The notes under the pieces: model-generated | The model's input: the letters and a program-made list of their open reading frames with translations, nothing else | What the model was told of the DNA's origin: nothing | Database searches by the model: none | Origin: Balanoglossus misakiensis | Lineage: Eukaryota > Animalia > Hemichordata | Direction: 5' to 3' | Assembly (NCBI GenBank): GCA_040954595.2 | Contig: CM082594.2 | Location: forward strand, 2,651,319-2,715,318 | Length of the DNA stretch: 64,000 nt | Part shown: piece after piece, positions 1-11,122 of the stretch | How positions within the stretch are numbered: the first letter of the stretch is position 1 | Layout of the letters: every line of letters begins with the position of its first letter | Program-made: the position numbers and the translations under genes

Positions 1-33
1 AGAACTAACGGAGATGTAAGATGTATAATAATA

Positions 34-162
34 AGGTTTTTACGAAAATACCGCAAAGTATGCACTCGGACATTAGCGCAGCGCATCGCTCTCCACTACG
101 CGTCGGGCGATACTCGGCGCTAATGTCCTCGTGCATACTTTGCGGTATTTTCGTAAAAACCT
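34..162. repeat. Long imperfect palindrome, family A
   Basis: AGGTTTTTACGAAAATACCGCAAAGTATGCA...TGCATACTTTGCGGTATTTTCGTAAAAACCT. Relatives at about 24950-25035, 57740-57800, 58898-59009 and 52706-52744. Confidence 0.8.
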
Positions 163-509
163 CATAGTATATCGTTGCAATAAGAATGAATTATGAATAA
201 ATTAAAATGACAAGTCAATACAATAAATGGTAGGATTGGTAAAAGAAGAAAAGTGGCAGGGTGGGTGTGAAAATTTTGTAAAATAAAGGGCGCGAAACTG
301 CAATTTTGTGGACTCAAAAGCAAAAGTTTTGTGGCAAAAGTAAGAGACCCCCCCCCCTTAAACGTTTTAAAAAAAACGATGACCCCCCCCCCTTTTGGAC
401 TTCAAAATTGAAGTGACCCCTTGGATTTTGCCGCCCCCCCCCCAGCCGTAAAAACTGAACGGTCCCTAAGTCTATCTGCGTGAAAGGTTCCATTTGTAAA
501 ATGACTTAC

Positions 510-1496
510 TCTTTTGATCATAGTGTCCATCCGCAGCAGTTGAACACAAGTCGTCGCCAAGTTTCTCTTTCAATTGCCAAAATCCGTCCCCTTGTCTGCT
601 AAGCAAGGACCAAACGCGGATCGTTCCGCCCTGGTCCGGAAGAAGTCCTTCCTGAGGCTGGAAAAGAACAAATAATGAAAACATTTTAAAAGTACATTTT
701 TCCTGTCTTTATATTCCGTGTTTGGACAACGAATCGAAGCAAGTACTTAACCCGTGTGTGACTCTTGCGATGCATGATGGTCAACATTTATAACATTTGA
801 TATTATGACATGACGATATTAGAAAACTGTTTACCAAACTTCTCTCTCTCTTTTCAATTTGCAGATAGTTTTAGCAGGTCTAGCACTTCTCAGCATGTTT
901 TTATATGTTTGAGGCTGCAACCATCATGCATCGCTTTTGTCTCAAGTCGGCCATCTTTGCCCGGAGAGGTTTCTATGGCGTCCCTGCAGGGGGCTTGGGT
1001 CCCTAATAATTAACACGGATATCCCGCGCCTTCTCTGATTTCTTTCTCGCCCCCGATTGGAAGGACATGTCGTACAGTAGCTCTGCGTACAGGTCTGTGC
1101 GTAACGCCGGGAACACACAGACCTGTACGCAGAGCTAGTCGTACAGCGGTTGTCTTCATTTGCAGTCTAGTAGTATATGAGATCCCGTAGTCAGGGCAGA
1201 TTAATTGGAGACGGTATAGTCGTGCCTAGCCTGGCCCCATACCAGTGTGTTTTAGATATAAATTCTATATATCTAAAGCACACTGGTATGGGGCCAGGCT
1301 AAGTCGTGCCTTGAGACGCGGCGTGCGAGTGGGTGCACATCGCCTATTTGAAAACAGGATCGTGAAAATGGGACACGCTCGAGTATGCTATTCTTGAGTG
1401 GTGCGTTATTGGCTTACTTACACCTTGGCGAACGTCTCCACCATGATTTCTGTCTGCTTCGTTTCCATGTCTGTGCCCTGGTAATCGATTGCCCAT
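510..1496 (-). CDS. Possible first two exons of a divergently transcribed gene running off the left edge
   Basis: ATG 1496-1422 (MGNRLPG...VRQG|gtaagt) joins in frame to 657-510 (ttttccag|PQEGLLPDQGGTIRVWSLL...YDQK|gtaagt). Splice sites are strong but I recognise no homology, so these could be UTR exons. Confidence 0.35.
1078..1137. mobile_element. 60-bp hairpin MITE, TAG...CTA ends, 9-bp TSD
   Basis: TSD GTCGTACAG at 1069-1077 and 1138-1146; 22-bp arms TAGCTCTGCGTACAGGTCTGTG. Confidence 0.8.
1227..1301. mobile_element. 75-bp hairpin MITE, TAG...CTA ends, 9-bp TSD
   Basis: TSD AGTCGTGCC at 1218-1226 and 1302-1310. A relative at 3387-3451 is flanked by (A)CTCCGACC. Confidence 0.8.
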
Positions 1497-1620
1497 GCCT
1501 ACTGAGGCAAAGAGGCGTATGGTGATCTTCGAGGTAAAGGGTCGTATGCGAGGCAAGGGGGTTTTATGGTGAGCAACGCGACAGACACTCAATAAACTAG
1601 ACGTGCGTCATGAATAAAAC

Positions 1621-3253
1621 CAATCTGATTAAAATCAGATGTAGAGAACGGCGACTTGGTTTTTTAGGTCCCATTGGTATAGGCCTATATACCATGGGAC
1701 CTTATGGGATGGGTTGCGTCTGTATGTATGTATGTATGGATGGATGTATGGATGGATGGATGGATGTATGTATGTCTGTATGTCCGTCCACATCAAAAAC
1801 TTGAAAACCGCTGCGCGTATCACCTCAATATTTGGTGTGTAGGTGCAGGCAGGGCTGTAGATGGGAGTTTGTCCAAACGAAGTTGCCAGGCCCAAAAATA
1901 TGCAAATTAGCTTGTAAAATGTGAAATTGATCAAAACTCTGTAAGTCAGCAACTACTGGTCAGATTGCTTTGAAAATTGGTATGTATGTACCTTATGTCA
2001 ACCTCACACCGACCTGTAAGTGTTAAGTTGATATCATGGATGTTTTATTTTTTATGAATTTTTTAGTCTTTTTATTAAATTTATACCTTTACTTATACCT
2101 CTATGGTTAAGCTATGTCCACGTCTTATTGTGGAATTCTGGTCTGTGCAATAGTCCTGTACAGTGACTGTCTATTGGTCAGTGAGCACAATGGGGCCAAA
2201 ATAAAAGGCAAATTTTTGGGCTCACCTGTAACACCTGCTTAACACATTAATTATGTGCATACCTAATTCCGGGCTAACTAATAAGGCTAGAGGTTTCGTT
2301 CTTGTGGGACATGGACCAGTATAGGGTCAAAATTTCTTGCCCAAATTTTGGGTGACCTCAGGTGACCTTTGACCTACTTTCCTATATCTCGGCATCCAGA
2401 GCAGGTACAGACTTGGCGTTTGGAGGGTTGGGACTAAAATTGAAAAGCCAAAATATGGGTCACCTGTGACACCTGCATATCTCATTAATTATGTGCATAC
2501 CTAATTCCAGGCTAACCAATAGGGCTATAGGTTTGGTTTTTGTTGAACATGGACCAGTATAGGGTCAAAATTTCTTGCCAAAATTTTGCATGACCTCAGG
2601 TGACCTTTGACCTACTTTTCCATATCTTGGCATCCAGAGCAGGTACAGACTTGGCGTTTGGAGGATTGGCACTAAAATTGTAAAGCCAAAATTGGGGGTC
2701 ACCTGTGACACCTGCATATCTTATTAATTATGTGCATACCTAATTCCAGGCTAATCAATAAGGCTATAGGTTTGGTTTTTGTTGAACATGGACCAGTATA
2801 GGGTCAAAATTTCTTGCCCAAATTTTGCATGACCTTAGGTGACCTTTTACCTACTTTACCATATCTTGGCATCCAGAGCAGGTACAGACTTGGCGTTTGG
2901 AGGGTTGGCACTAAAATTGAAAAGCCAAAATTGGGGGTCACCTGTGACACCTGCATATCTTATTAATTATGTACATACCTAATTCCAGGCTAATCAATAA
3001 GGCTATAGGTTTGGTTTTTGTTGAACATGGACCAGTATAGGGTCAAAATTTCTTGCCCAAATTTTGCATAACCTCAGGTGACCTTTGACCTACTTTTCCA
3101 TATCTTTGCATCCAGAGCAGATATGCTTATTGCTATGTTGCTATGTGCTATGTCCTCAAATGGGACCACAGTGTCCTTGACGCTATTTTTTATGCTGTCG
3201 CCAGCATAAAAAAAACAAGTCGCCGTTCCCTACATCTGATTTTAATCAGATTG
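1621..3253. mobile_element. Hairpin MITE of about 110 bp with 9-bp TSD, interrupted by HINE copy 1
   Basis: TIR CAATCTGATTAAAATCAGATGTAG(A/G)GAACGGCGACTTG at both ends; TSD GAATAAAAC at 1612-1620 and 3254-3262. Confidence 0.85.
1666..3185 (+). mobile_element. Non-autonomous Helentron (HINE/DINE-1-like) copy 1 with internal 239-bp tandem array
   Basis: Inserted in a T-run. 5' subTIR AGGTCCCAT with nearby inverted copy ATGGGACCT; GTAT/GGAT microsatellite; about 4 units starting 2223/2461/2700/2939; 3' subTIR AAATGGGACC followed by a short hairpin AGTGTC-CTT-GACGCT. Confidence 0.85.
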
Positions 3254-3617
3254 GAATAAAACATGCCCCAATCGGGAAAATCTGGGTCGGCAAGGTCATA
3301 CTATTATCGGGACCGTCTCAAACACTACACTCTACACGTGTTCACGTCTCTTCATCAACCATGCACCGCCACCCGACACTCCGACCTAACCTGACACCAG
3401 TGTGTTTTAGATATATCTAAAACACACTGGTACATGTATGGGGCCAGGCTACTCCGACCAGACCCAGACGTGACCATATTTATGTATGCAAATCAACAAC
3501 AACAAACAAACAAACAAACAATAAAATCGCGGAGGGAGAGCCCCCTGTGCTTGGAGTGGGTGGATCTTTCTTCGGATTCCTCAGTATAGCGCCACCAACG
3601 GCTGAATCAGGAGAAAG

Positions 3618-6600
3618 ATGTTTCTTCTCAACACAAATTCATTAACTCTAAACATGGCGATAGAGAAGCAGGAAGTATCGGCGCGCTTCAGAAAAGTCCG
3701 ACAGAAGGCGATTCTGCTCGGGTTAAGTGCTCAAGAAGTTGCGGGGTTAAGTACTCTGAAGAAATTGAAAAGTGGAAGAAAAATATCTTTGCTTCGGATA
3801 ATCTGGTTACTTTTGTTCGTCTTGGTCGCTGTGGTCACGGTGTCGTCGCTGACTCTTGCTGTTGTTTTGAAACAGGAACTTGTCGACTTTGAAACACTCG
3901 CCAACATTTGGTTCGAATATCGTGAACTTGACATTGAAGAGGAACGGTGCATTGTCGATAACCCTGACTACGTGCAGGACCTGTTTCGACCGCCAGTTAA
4001 TTGCAGCATTTGCGAAAATGTTACAACCGTCTTAAAAGTAAGCGAGCTGTCGCCGAATGAGTTTACTGAACGGTACGGCTATTCCTCTCTACCTGTCGTC
4101 ATCACTGACGGATCCAAAGGCTGGACGGCACCAGAAGTTTTCAGCTTCGATTTTTTCAAGTCGATTTACTTACCCGAAAGCGAAGCTTTGGAAAGGGTAG
4201 AAAAAGACTGTCAGTTTTTCCCATATCAAACCAATTTTGAAACCTTGGGCGATGTTTTCAATATGAGTGAAGAGAGGGCACGACTCTCAGAAAATGCCGA
4301 TCCTTGGTACATTGGATGGTGAGTTTAATATTTGGCACTGACTATACTTTGGCCTGGGTGGAGTTCAGTAGCTCGAAGGTTTGCCCCTTCCTTGGTTTGT
4401 GTGTTTAGCGTCTAACTCACAAACCAAGGCAAACCTCGAGCTGCTGAACAGCGGCTAACTTTGGCCCTGGTATTTAAAGGTACACGTACACATGCTTCTG
4501 TAGACCTGTATATAAGGTATGCATGCATAAACATTATTTAATAAAGACAGGTACAGACAATGATACACGCACACACACAGACAGACCGAAACACATGTAA
4601 ACTATCATTACGACCACATGTTAGGCAGACGGGTATCGGCAACTTTGTGATTAAAGGTATACAGTCACCTGTTGTAAACTTAGCTTAAAGGTATACGGTC
4701 ACCTCCAATTTAAATATCGCCATATATAGTTGAAATGGCGTATTTGAGTGTTCTAAAGAACACTTTATTTTCGCGTGTGCCACCCACTGAAAATCTGTGA
4801 TTGGTTAGATCTCAATTTACCATGGTAACAGTGGCTAAATTTGTATAGGTGACCGTATACCTTTAAGTTACCATGGCAAATTTAGATCCAGCCAATCACA
4901 GATTTTCAGTGGATAGTACACACGATAAAAAGACTGCAACACTCAGATACACCATTTTAGCCATTTGCATTTGAGGTGACAGTGTACCTTTAATCCTCAC
5001 CCCCCACCCCCTGGGGCCAGGAAAATGTCAATATCAAGGACATTTTTCTTTAGTTTCTTGTTCTATTCCCCAATGACAGGCTAAAATTTCTAGTACATGT
5101 ACATGTATTCTGCTTTGTATATCTTGTATTGATTAACCAGGATGTTGATACACTGAGGGACCAAGTCCAGCCATCAGCAGATACATTCATTCAGGGGCAT
5201 AGGCCGGTTAAAGTTACGTACAATTGTGGCATTTATTTCTGAAAAAGTTTTGTTAGAAATCTGATTTTAATTTAGCCACAGTTTCTACATAATTAGAACA
5301 ACTTTACCATAATCTAGAGACATTATACTTAATAACTGTTCAACATATTTGTGCCATATGTTTAGAGCTACAGAGAAATGGTTTGTAAAGAGATACCATA
5401 TTGGTCCTTTTCTGAATCAGCCTATGAAAAGACTATAGTACTGACATGCATACAATTGCACCCCTATATTTATACTGCATGACTCCAAACACAAAAACAG
5501 AACACATAGTACTGTCATACTCAGTTAAGCTATTTAATGTCTCAATGAAAAAATAGGAGAACATTTGCTATTACAATATGGATGGGTAATTATTATAACT
5601 TACAGTTTAAACTAGAGATAGTTCAACAATTTATTGTATAATTAAGATATGCACACACTTGGCGAAAGCTCTTACATTTTTTGTTGGTCAAATTATACTC
5701 AAATTAAAGGGCCAAAGTCTCTTTCTCCCTGCCCTTTTTTCATACACTGTTTATGTTAATGGACATGTATACATATGCAGAGAATGAATGTTCAACCACA
5801 CACACAACTTCCATTCTGTTTGTAGGATCTGAGAGTAAAGATCTCGCTAAAATGAATAAACGGTAGAGACCGATTATTCATTTTGGCGATTTTTTTCACT
5901 CTCGTGTATACAAGTGGGATGGAAGTTGTGTGTGGTTGAACGTTCCTTCACTACATATACACATGTACATTAACATAAATGGTGTCTTGTATTATACATA
6001 GTGTACATGTAATTAATGGAATAAGGGTAGGGAGAGAGAGAGAGACTTTGTACCTTTAAACTTGTAAATTAAGATATATCTAATATACACATGCAGTTTT
6101 GTTTTACTAATGATGCAACACATGTTTTTATCACTCAGGAGTAATTGTGACCCCTCAGCAGCCAATATCCTGCGTCGACATTATCATCGGCCATATTTCA
6201 TTCCACAAGAATCAGAGTCTAGCAAAACAGACTGGCTTTTCATGGGGAGTCCAGGATATGGCGCACCAATGCATGTAAGTTCTTTACAGGGATCAAAGTT
6301 GATTTCCTTCAAAGTTCTCAAAGGTCAAGGAAGGGTTTATCACTGTCAGAACTGTCTCTGCAAGAAAAAAAAATGAGTGCTAGTGATCCTTGTGGTATTT
6401 TATATTTAACCAATCATACCCAAGAAGTGATGCCAACTATGTTAAATCACTTTAGAATTTTCTATTTAGGGATGTTTCGGTAATCTCTCTGTTGTGAAGT
6501 TTCCAAATACTCTGTATCCCTAATATATAATGCTACTGGGTGTCATATTTGTTTTGAGTGTCAAGTCCCTTAAAATACGTATTTGCCACTTTTTCTTCTA

Positions 6601-9600
6601 AAACGTCTTTTGACTGTCTTGACATGGCTCTCATACGTACTTAGACACATGTGGCAGCTAGTCTGAGCCCCCTGTAAAGTGTACCAAATCACACTGGTTT
6701 GCAATGTATTGGTCTGAGGGTCTTGTATAGGCCCTACTGGGTAACACGCACTTGGCAGTCTAACAGGCCTGGGAGCCAGGATTCTAGGCACCCTAGAAAT
6801 CAAACCAGTTTCGACTGACTTGGCAGCGTTAGGGGTATACCAGTATAAAAAGGCTTATATAAGCCGTGAAATAGAAATGTTCTGTACATACGTGCAAGGA
6901 ATAAATGCTATGTTGTGTAATTGCTTATTCAGATTGATGCAGTTGGTAAATCGTCATGGCAAGCACAGGTCAGAGGTCGAAAGAAATGGACACTACAACC
7001 TCCACCGGAGTGTTACTATGAATGTCATGGTGACTTGGAAGTGATTGTTGAACCAGGAGAAATCAGTAAGTATAAAACCAAAGTGATTTGCTGGTTTCTG
7101 TATTTTCTATTCAATTGATAAGGGAGAGACATCCTCTAATTAAAGGGACAAAGTCTCTCTCTCGCTGCACTTTTCTATTAATTACGTTTGATACAAGACA
7201 CCGTTTATGTTAATGTACATGTGCATATGTAGTGAAATAACGTTCAACCACACACAACTTCCATCCCGCTTGTAAGATATGAGACTAAAAACTCGCCCAA
7301 AATGAATAAATGGTAGAGACTGTTTATTCATTTAGGTGAGTTTTTCACTCTCGTAGCAGTTGTGTGTGGCCTAACGTTGATTCACATATATCCACATGTA
7401 GAATAATGTAAACAGTGTCTTGTATCAAACACAATGAATGGAAAAAGGGCAACGAGAGAGAGACTTTGTCCCTTTAATGATAGATCCCTCTAGTCAAACA
7501 TTGTAGCCAAGGCTTGTTTGATAGTCTACTTCATCATTAGAGTGCCCTTAATGTCTACAGAATATGATCCCCTAGGCTGAGGATATGTTTTTAGGTCCCA
7601 TTGGTATAGGCATATATACCATGGGACCTTATGGGATCGGTTGCGTCTGTATGTATGGATGGATGGATGTATGTATGGATTGATGTATGTCTGTATGTCC
7701 GTCCACATCAAAAACTTGAAAACCGCTGCGCGTATCACCTCAATATTTGGTGTGTAGGTGCAGGCTGGGCTGTAGATGGGAGTTTGTCCAAACGAAGTTG
7801 CCAGGCCCAAAAATATGCAAATTAGCTGGAAAAATGTGAAATTTATCAAAACTCTGAAAGTCAACAACTACTCGTCAGATTGCTTTAAAAATTGGTATGC
7901 ATGTACCATATGTCAACCTCACATCGACCTGTAAGTGTTAAGTTAATATCATGGATATTTTTTATGAATTTTTTAGTCTTTTTATTAAATTTATACCTTT
8001 ACTTATACCTCTATGGTTAAGCTATGTCCACGCCTTATTGTGGAATTCTGGTCTGTGCAATAGTCCTGTACCGTGACTGTCTATTGGTCAGTGAGCACAA
8101 TGGGGCCAAAATAAAAGGCAAAATTTTGGGCTCACCTGTAACACCTGCTTAACACATTAATTATGTGCATACCTAATTCCGGGCTAACTAATAAGGCTAG
8201 AGGTTTCGTTCTTGTGGGACATGGACCAGTATAGGGTCAAAATTTCTTGCCCAAATTTTGGGTGACCTCAGGTGACCTTTGACCTACTTTCCTATATCTC
8301 GGCATCCAGAGCAGGTACAGACTTGGCGTTTGGAGGGTTGGGACTAAAATTGAAAAGCCAAAATATTGGTCACCTGTGACACCTGCATATCTCATTAATT
8401 ATGTGCATACCTAATTCCAGGCTAACCAATAGGGCTATAGGTTTGTTTTTTGTTGAACATGGACCAGTATAAGGTCAAAATTTCTTGCCCAAATTTTGCA
8501 TGACCTCAGGTGACCTTTGACCTACTTTACCATATCTTGGCATCCAGAGCAGGTACAGACTTGGTGTTTTGAGGGTTGGGACTAAAATTGAAAAGCCAAA
8601 ATTGGGGGTCACCTGTGACACCTGCATATCTCATTAACTATGTGCATACTTAATTCCAGGCTAACCAATAGGGCTATAGGTTTGGTTTTTGTTGAACATG
8701 GACCAGTACATGTATAAGGTCAAAATTTCTTGCCCAAATTTTGCATGACCTCAGGTGACCTTTGACCTACTTTACCATTTCTTGGCATCCAGAGCAGGTA
8801 CAGACTTGGCGTTCGGAGGGTTGGGACTAAAATTGAAAAGCCAAAATTGGGGGGTCACCTGTGACACCTGCATATCTAATTAATTGTGTGCATACCTAAT
8901 TCCAGGCTAACCAATAGGGCTATAGGTTTGGCTTTTGTTGAACATGGACCTGTATAGGGTCAAAATTTCTTGCCCAAATTTTGCATAACCTCAGGTGACC
9001 TTTGACCTACTTTTCCATGTCTTGGCATCCAGAGCAGATATGCTTATTGCTATGTTGCTATGTGCTATGTTGGCTTGGGCCCGCTATTGCTGCTTGCAGA
9101 TCTGCTTGCAATGTCACCTGTAATTTTTATTTTGGTGTGTCACTGTTTCCGCATAATCCTCAAATGGGACCACAGTGTCCTTGACGCTATTTTTTCATTT
9201 TGGAAACGGCAATCTGGTTGTCCCACAACATTTTGATCTAATTTTTCTCATTAGAAAAATCACAGAAATAGCATTTACACAGATACCAAGTGAAAAATAC
9301 TGTGCTGTAGTCAGTATATGCATTGAAAGTAGATTGATTACTGTAACACATGACCAGACAAAAAAAAATATGAAAAAAAAATTCATGTTGTCCCCCAATT
9401 TTGGGTAACTAATTAAAGCCTGCAGAAACAATTTTTTTTCTTGGCCTAACCCATTAGATTATTCTATTCTGTAACTACCATACTCTGCGGGTGAAATACA
9501 ATTTGCAGAGATCAAGTCTGCATGTTGGTTTGGCAAGTTTCAAGGTATGGCCTCTTGTCCTCGAGTCAATATGGTAGCTGTCAAGAAGGTGTACATATAC

Positions 9601-10901
9601 AAGAATCCATATTGTTCAGAATTTGTAGACTTGGATCTTTTCGCCTCTAGTTGTCCTGGCATGTAAGCACTGTGCGCTCTAAGCCCATATGACGCACCAA
9701 TGAGCATTAGTGACCCAAGAAAATTATCAACACTACATGCATAGGTATAGGGATGAATTTTTTAGAAATCCTCAAATTTACTCAAATCTTTTAAATGTTC
9801 TGCACATTGCTTGAACTCTATCAGGTTTATCTGTGTATGATAGGAGATACAAGCCAGGGACATGTTTGGCTGCACGTCTCTCCTGAAAACATTGTTACCT
9901 TTGCCCTCTTTCAGTCTCCAGGCCTTTTTTTTGCCAAGTAACAGGGAATTGTTGTGAATTATTTTTTAGTTGATCAATTGTCTGTTCTGTGCAAATGACA
10001 ATAGGGTTCCATCTGGTCCCTGAGTTTTAAGTGGGGGTAGGGTACTAAGTTTCTGAGCAACAGTTGCTAAATTGTCAATTTGCAACTCGGGTAACATTTA
10101 GGTATTTGTGAAATTGAATAGCCATCGGGGTTAATGCTCGTAGGCACAGAATGTAATCTTTTGTTCTGTTGTAAAAAGAGATACAAAACAGAAAATGCCA
10201 TATTGGTTCTCTCACAATGCTCAAAGACTAAAATTACACTGTAAATATATTTCACTCATCTCAACCCACAGGAAAAGTACTGGGGTGGGGTGGGGTGGGT
10301 GGGGCTTATGCACACTTTCCAAGATTCCCTGGGCTACTAAAACTCACATCTGTATAGTTGCATTACCAGAAGTTAAAGGGACAAAGTCTCTCTCTCGCTG
10401 CCCTTTTTCTATTAATTATGTTTGATACAAGACACCGTTTATGTTATTCTACATGTGGATATATAGTGAATCAACGTTCGACCACACATAACTTCCATTC
10501 TGCCTAAAATGTCATAGAAACACCAATCACTAAACAAACCTTGAGTGCCCATCAAATGTAACTCTTATTCATGGTGCCCTCTCCGAGGGACTGTTAACAA
10601 CAGTCATAATGCATTGTCCTAAAAAGCTCTATACATTCTGTAGATTTTAATAGTTGTACAGAACTCAATAGAGAGGTTGGAAATGACAAAGAAATCTAAA
10701 ATTGTCCATAGAAATTCTGTATAGAATATCTCTTAATTGTGTTAGGTACATTACTGGTGACAATATCGCTGTTATGATACTGAGGTAACAGTATTATTTT
10801 TTTTCTATTTTTCAGTTGTTGTGGATACTGATCGATGGTACCATTCCACTCTAATTGTTGGAGATGATCTGAGCATTGCAATTGGTTCGGAATATGACTG
10901 A
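3618..10901 (+). CDS. Membrane-anchored JmjC/cupin-fold 2-oxoglutarate/Fe(II) oxygenase-like protein (JMJD8-like architecture), 4 exons, about 350 aa
   Basis: Exons 3618 (or ATG 3654)-4318, 6139-6274, 6933-7065 and 10816-10901, all GT-AG and in phase: ...PWYIGW-SNCD...WLFMGSPGYGAPMH|IDAVGKSSWQAQVRGRKKWTL...VEPGEI|IVVDTDRWYHST...GSEYD*. JmjC-type motifs: PVVITD, H-I-D, QVRGRKKW, PGE..V...WYH. N-terminal hydrophobic segment IIWLLLFVLVAVVTVSSLTLAVVL. Confidence 0.88.
4355..4457. mobile_element. Hairpin MITE with 9-bp TSD
   Basis: TSD ACTTTGGCC at 4346-4354 and 4458-4466; internal foldback. Confidence 0.7.
4651..4993. mobile_element. Self-nested TTAA-flanked MITEs (Kolobok-like termini AGGTATAC...GTATACCT)
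   Basis: Inner copy 4685-4866 lies inverted inside an outer copy 4651-4993; diverged relative at about 51775-51948. Confidence 0.7.
7140..7477. mobile_element. TTAA-flanked foldback MITE family of about 350 bp (TTAA-AGGGACAAAGTCTCTCTC...GAGAGACTTTGTCCCT-TTAA), Kolobok-like; representative copy
   Basis: Other copies at about 5703-6059, 10372-10500 (partial), 26043-26398, 30829-31174, 35157-35518, 39214-39522, 41969-42320, 42580-42783 (half), 44991-45346 and 53910-54140 (partial). Confidence 0.85.
7593..9189 (+). mobile_element. Non-autonomous Helentron (HINE) copy 2, in intron 3 of the JmjC gene
   Basis: Near-identical to 1666-3185 with the same termini; units at 8133/8371/8610/8856; extra segment of about 80 bp near the 3' end. 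Confidence 0.85.
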
Positions 10902-10988
10902 TGTTTAGTGATGCACTAGGGGAAGGCTGAAAAGGATGAAAAATGAACAGTTGATATAATCAGGAAATAATGTTTTCAAATTCAAGTA

Positions 10989-11107
10989 CAGTAAAACCTG
11001 TCTAAACCGAACACCATTGACATTTAAGCACATGTTAAAAGACACCTATCTGCAAACCGAACAATTTCTTCAGTCCCTTTGGTGTTTGGTTTAGACAGGT
11101 TTTACTG
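10989..11107. mobile_element. pogo/Tc1-type MITE with TA TSD
   Basis: TA|CAGTAAAACCTGTCTAAACCGAACACC...GGTGTTTGGTTTAGACAGGTTTTACTG|TA. Confidence 0.8.
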
Positions 11108-11122
11108 TAACTCCAACTTTAA

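Noticed and set aside
1635-1952. Duplicated ORFs of about 105-113 aa at 1635-1952 and 7526-7867
   Set aside because: They fall in the microsatellite-containing 5' part of the HINE copies and have no Rep/helicase motifs.
2223-3120. Regular repeat array as a CRISPR candidate
   Set aside because: Whole 239-bp units are repeated with no unique spacers, the context is eukaryotic and there are no cas genes.
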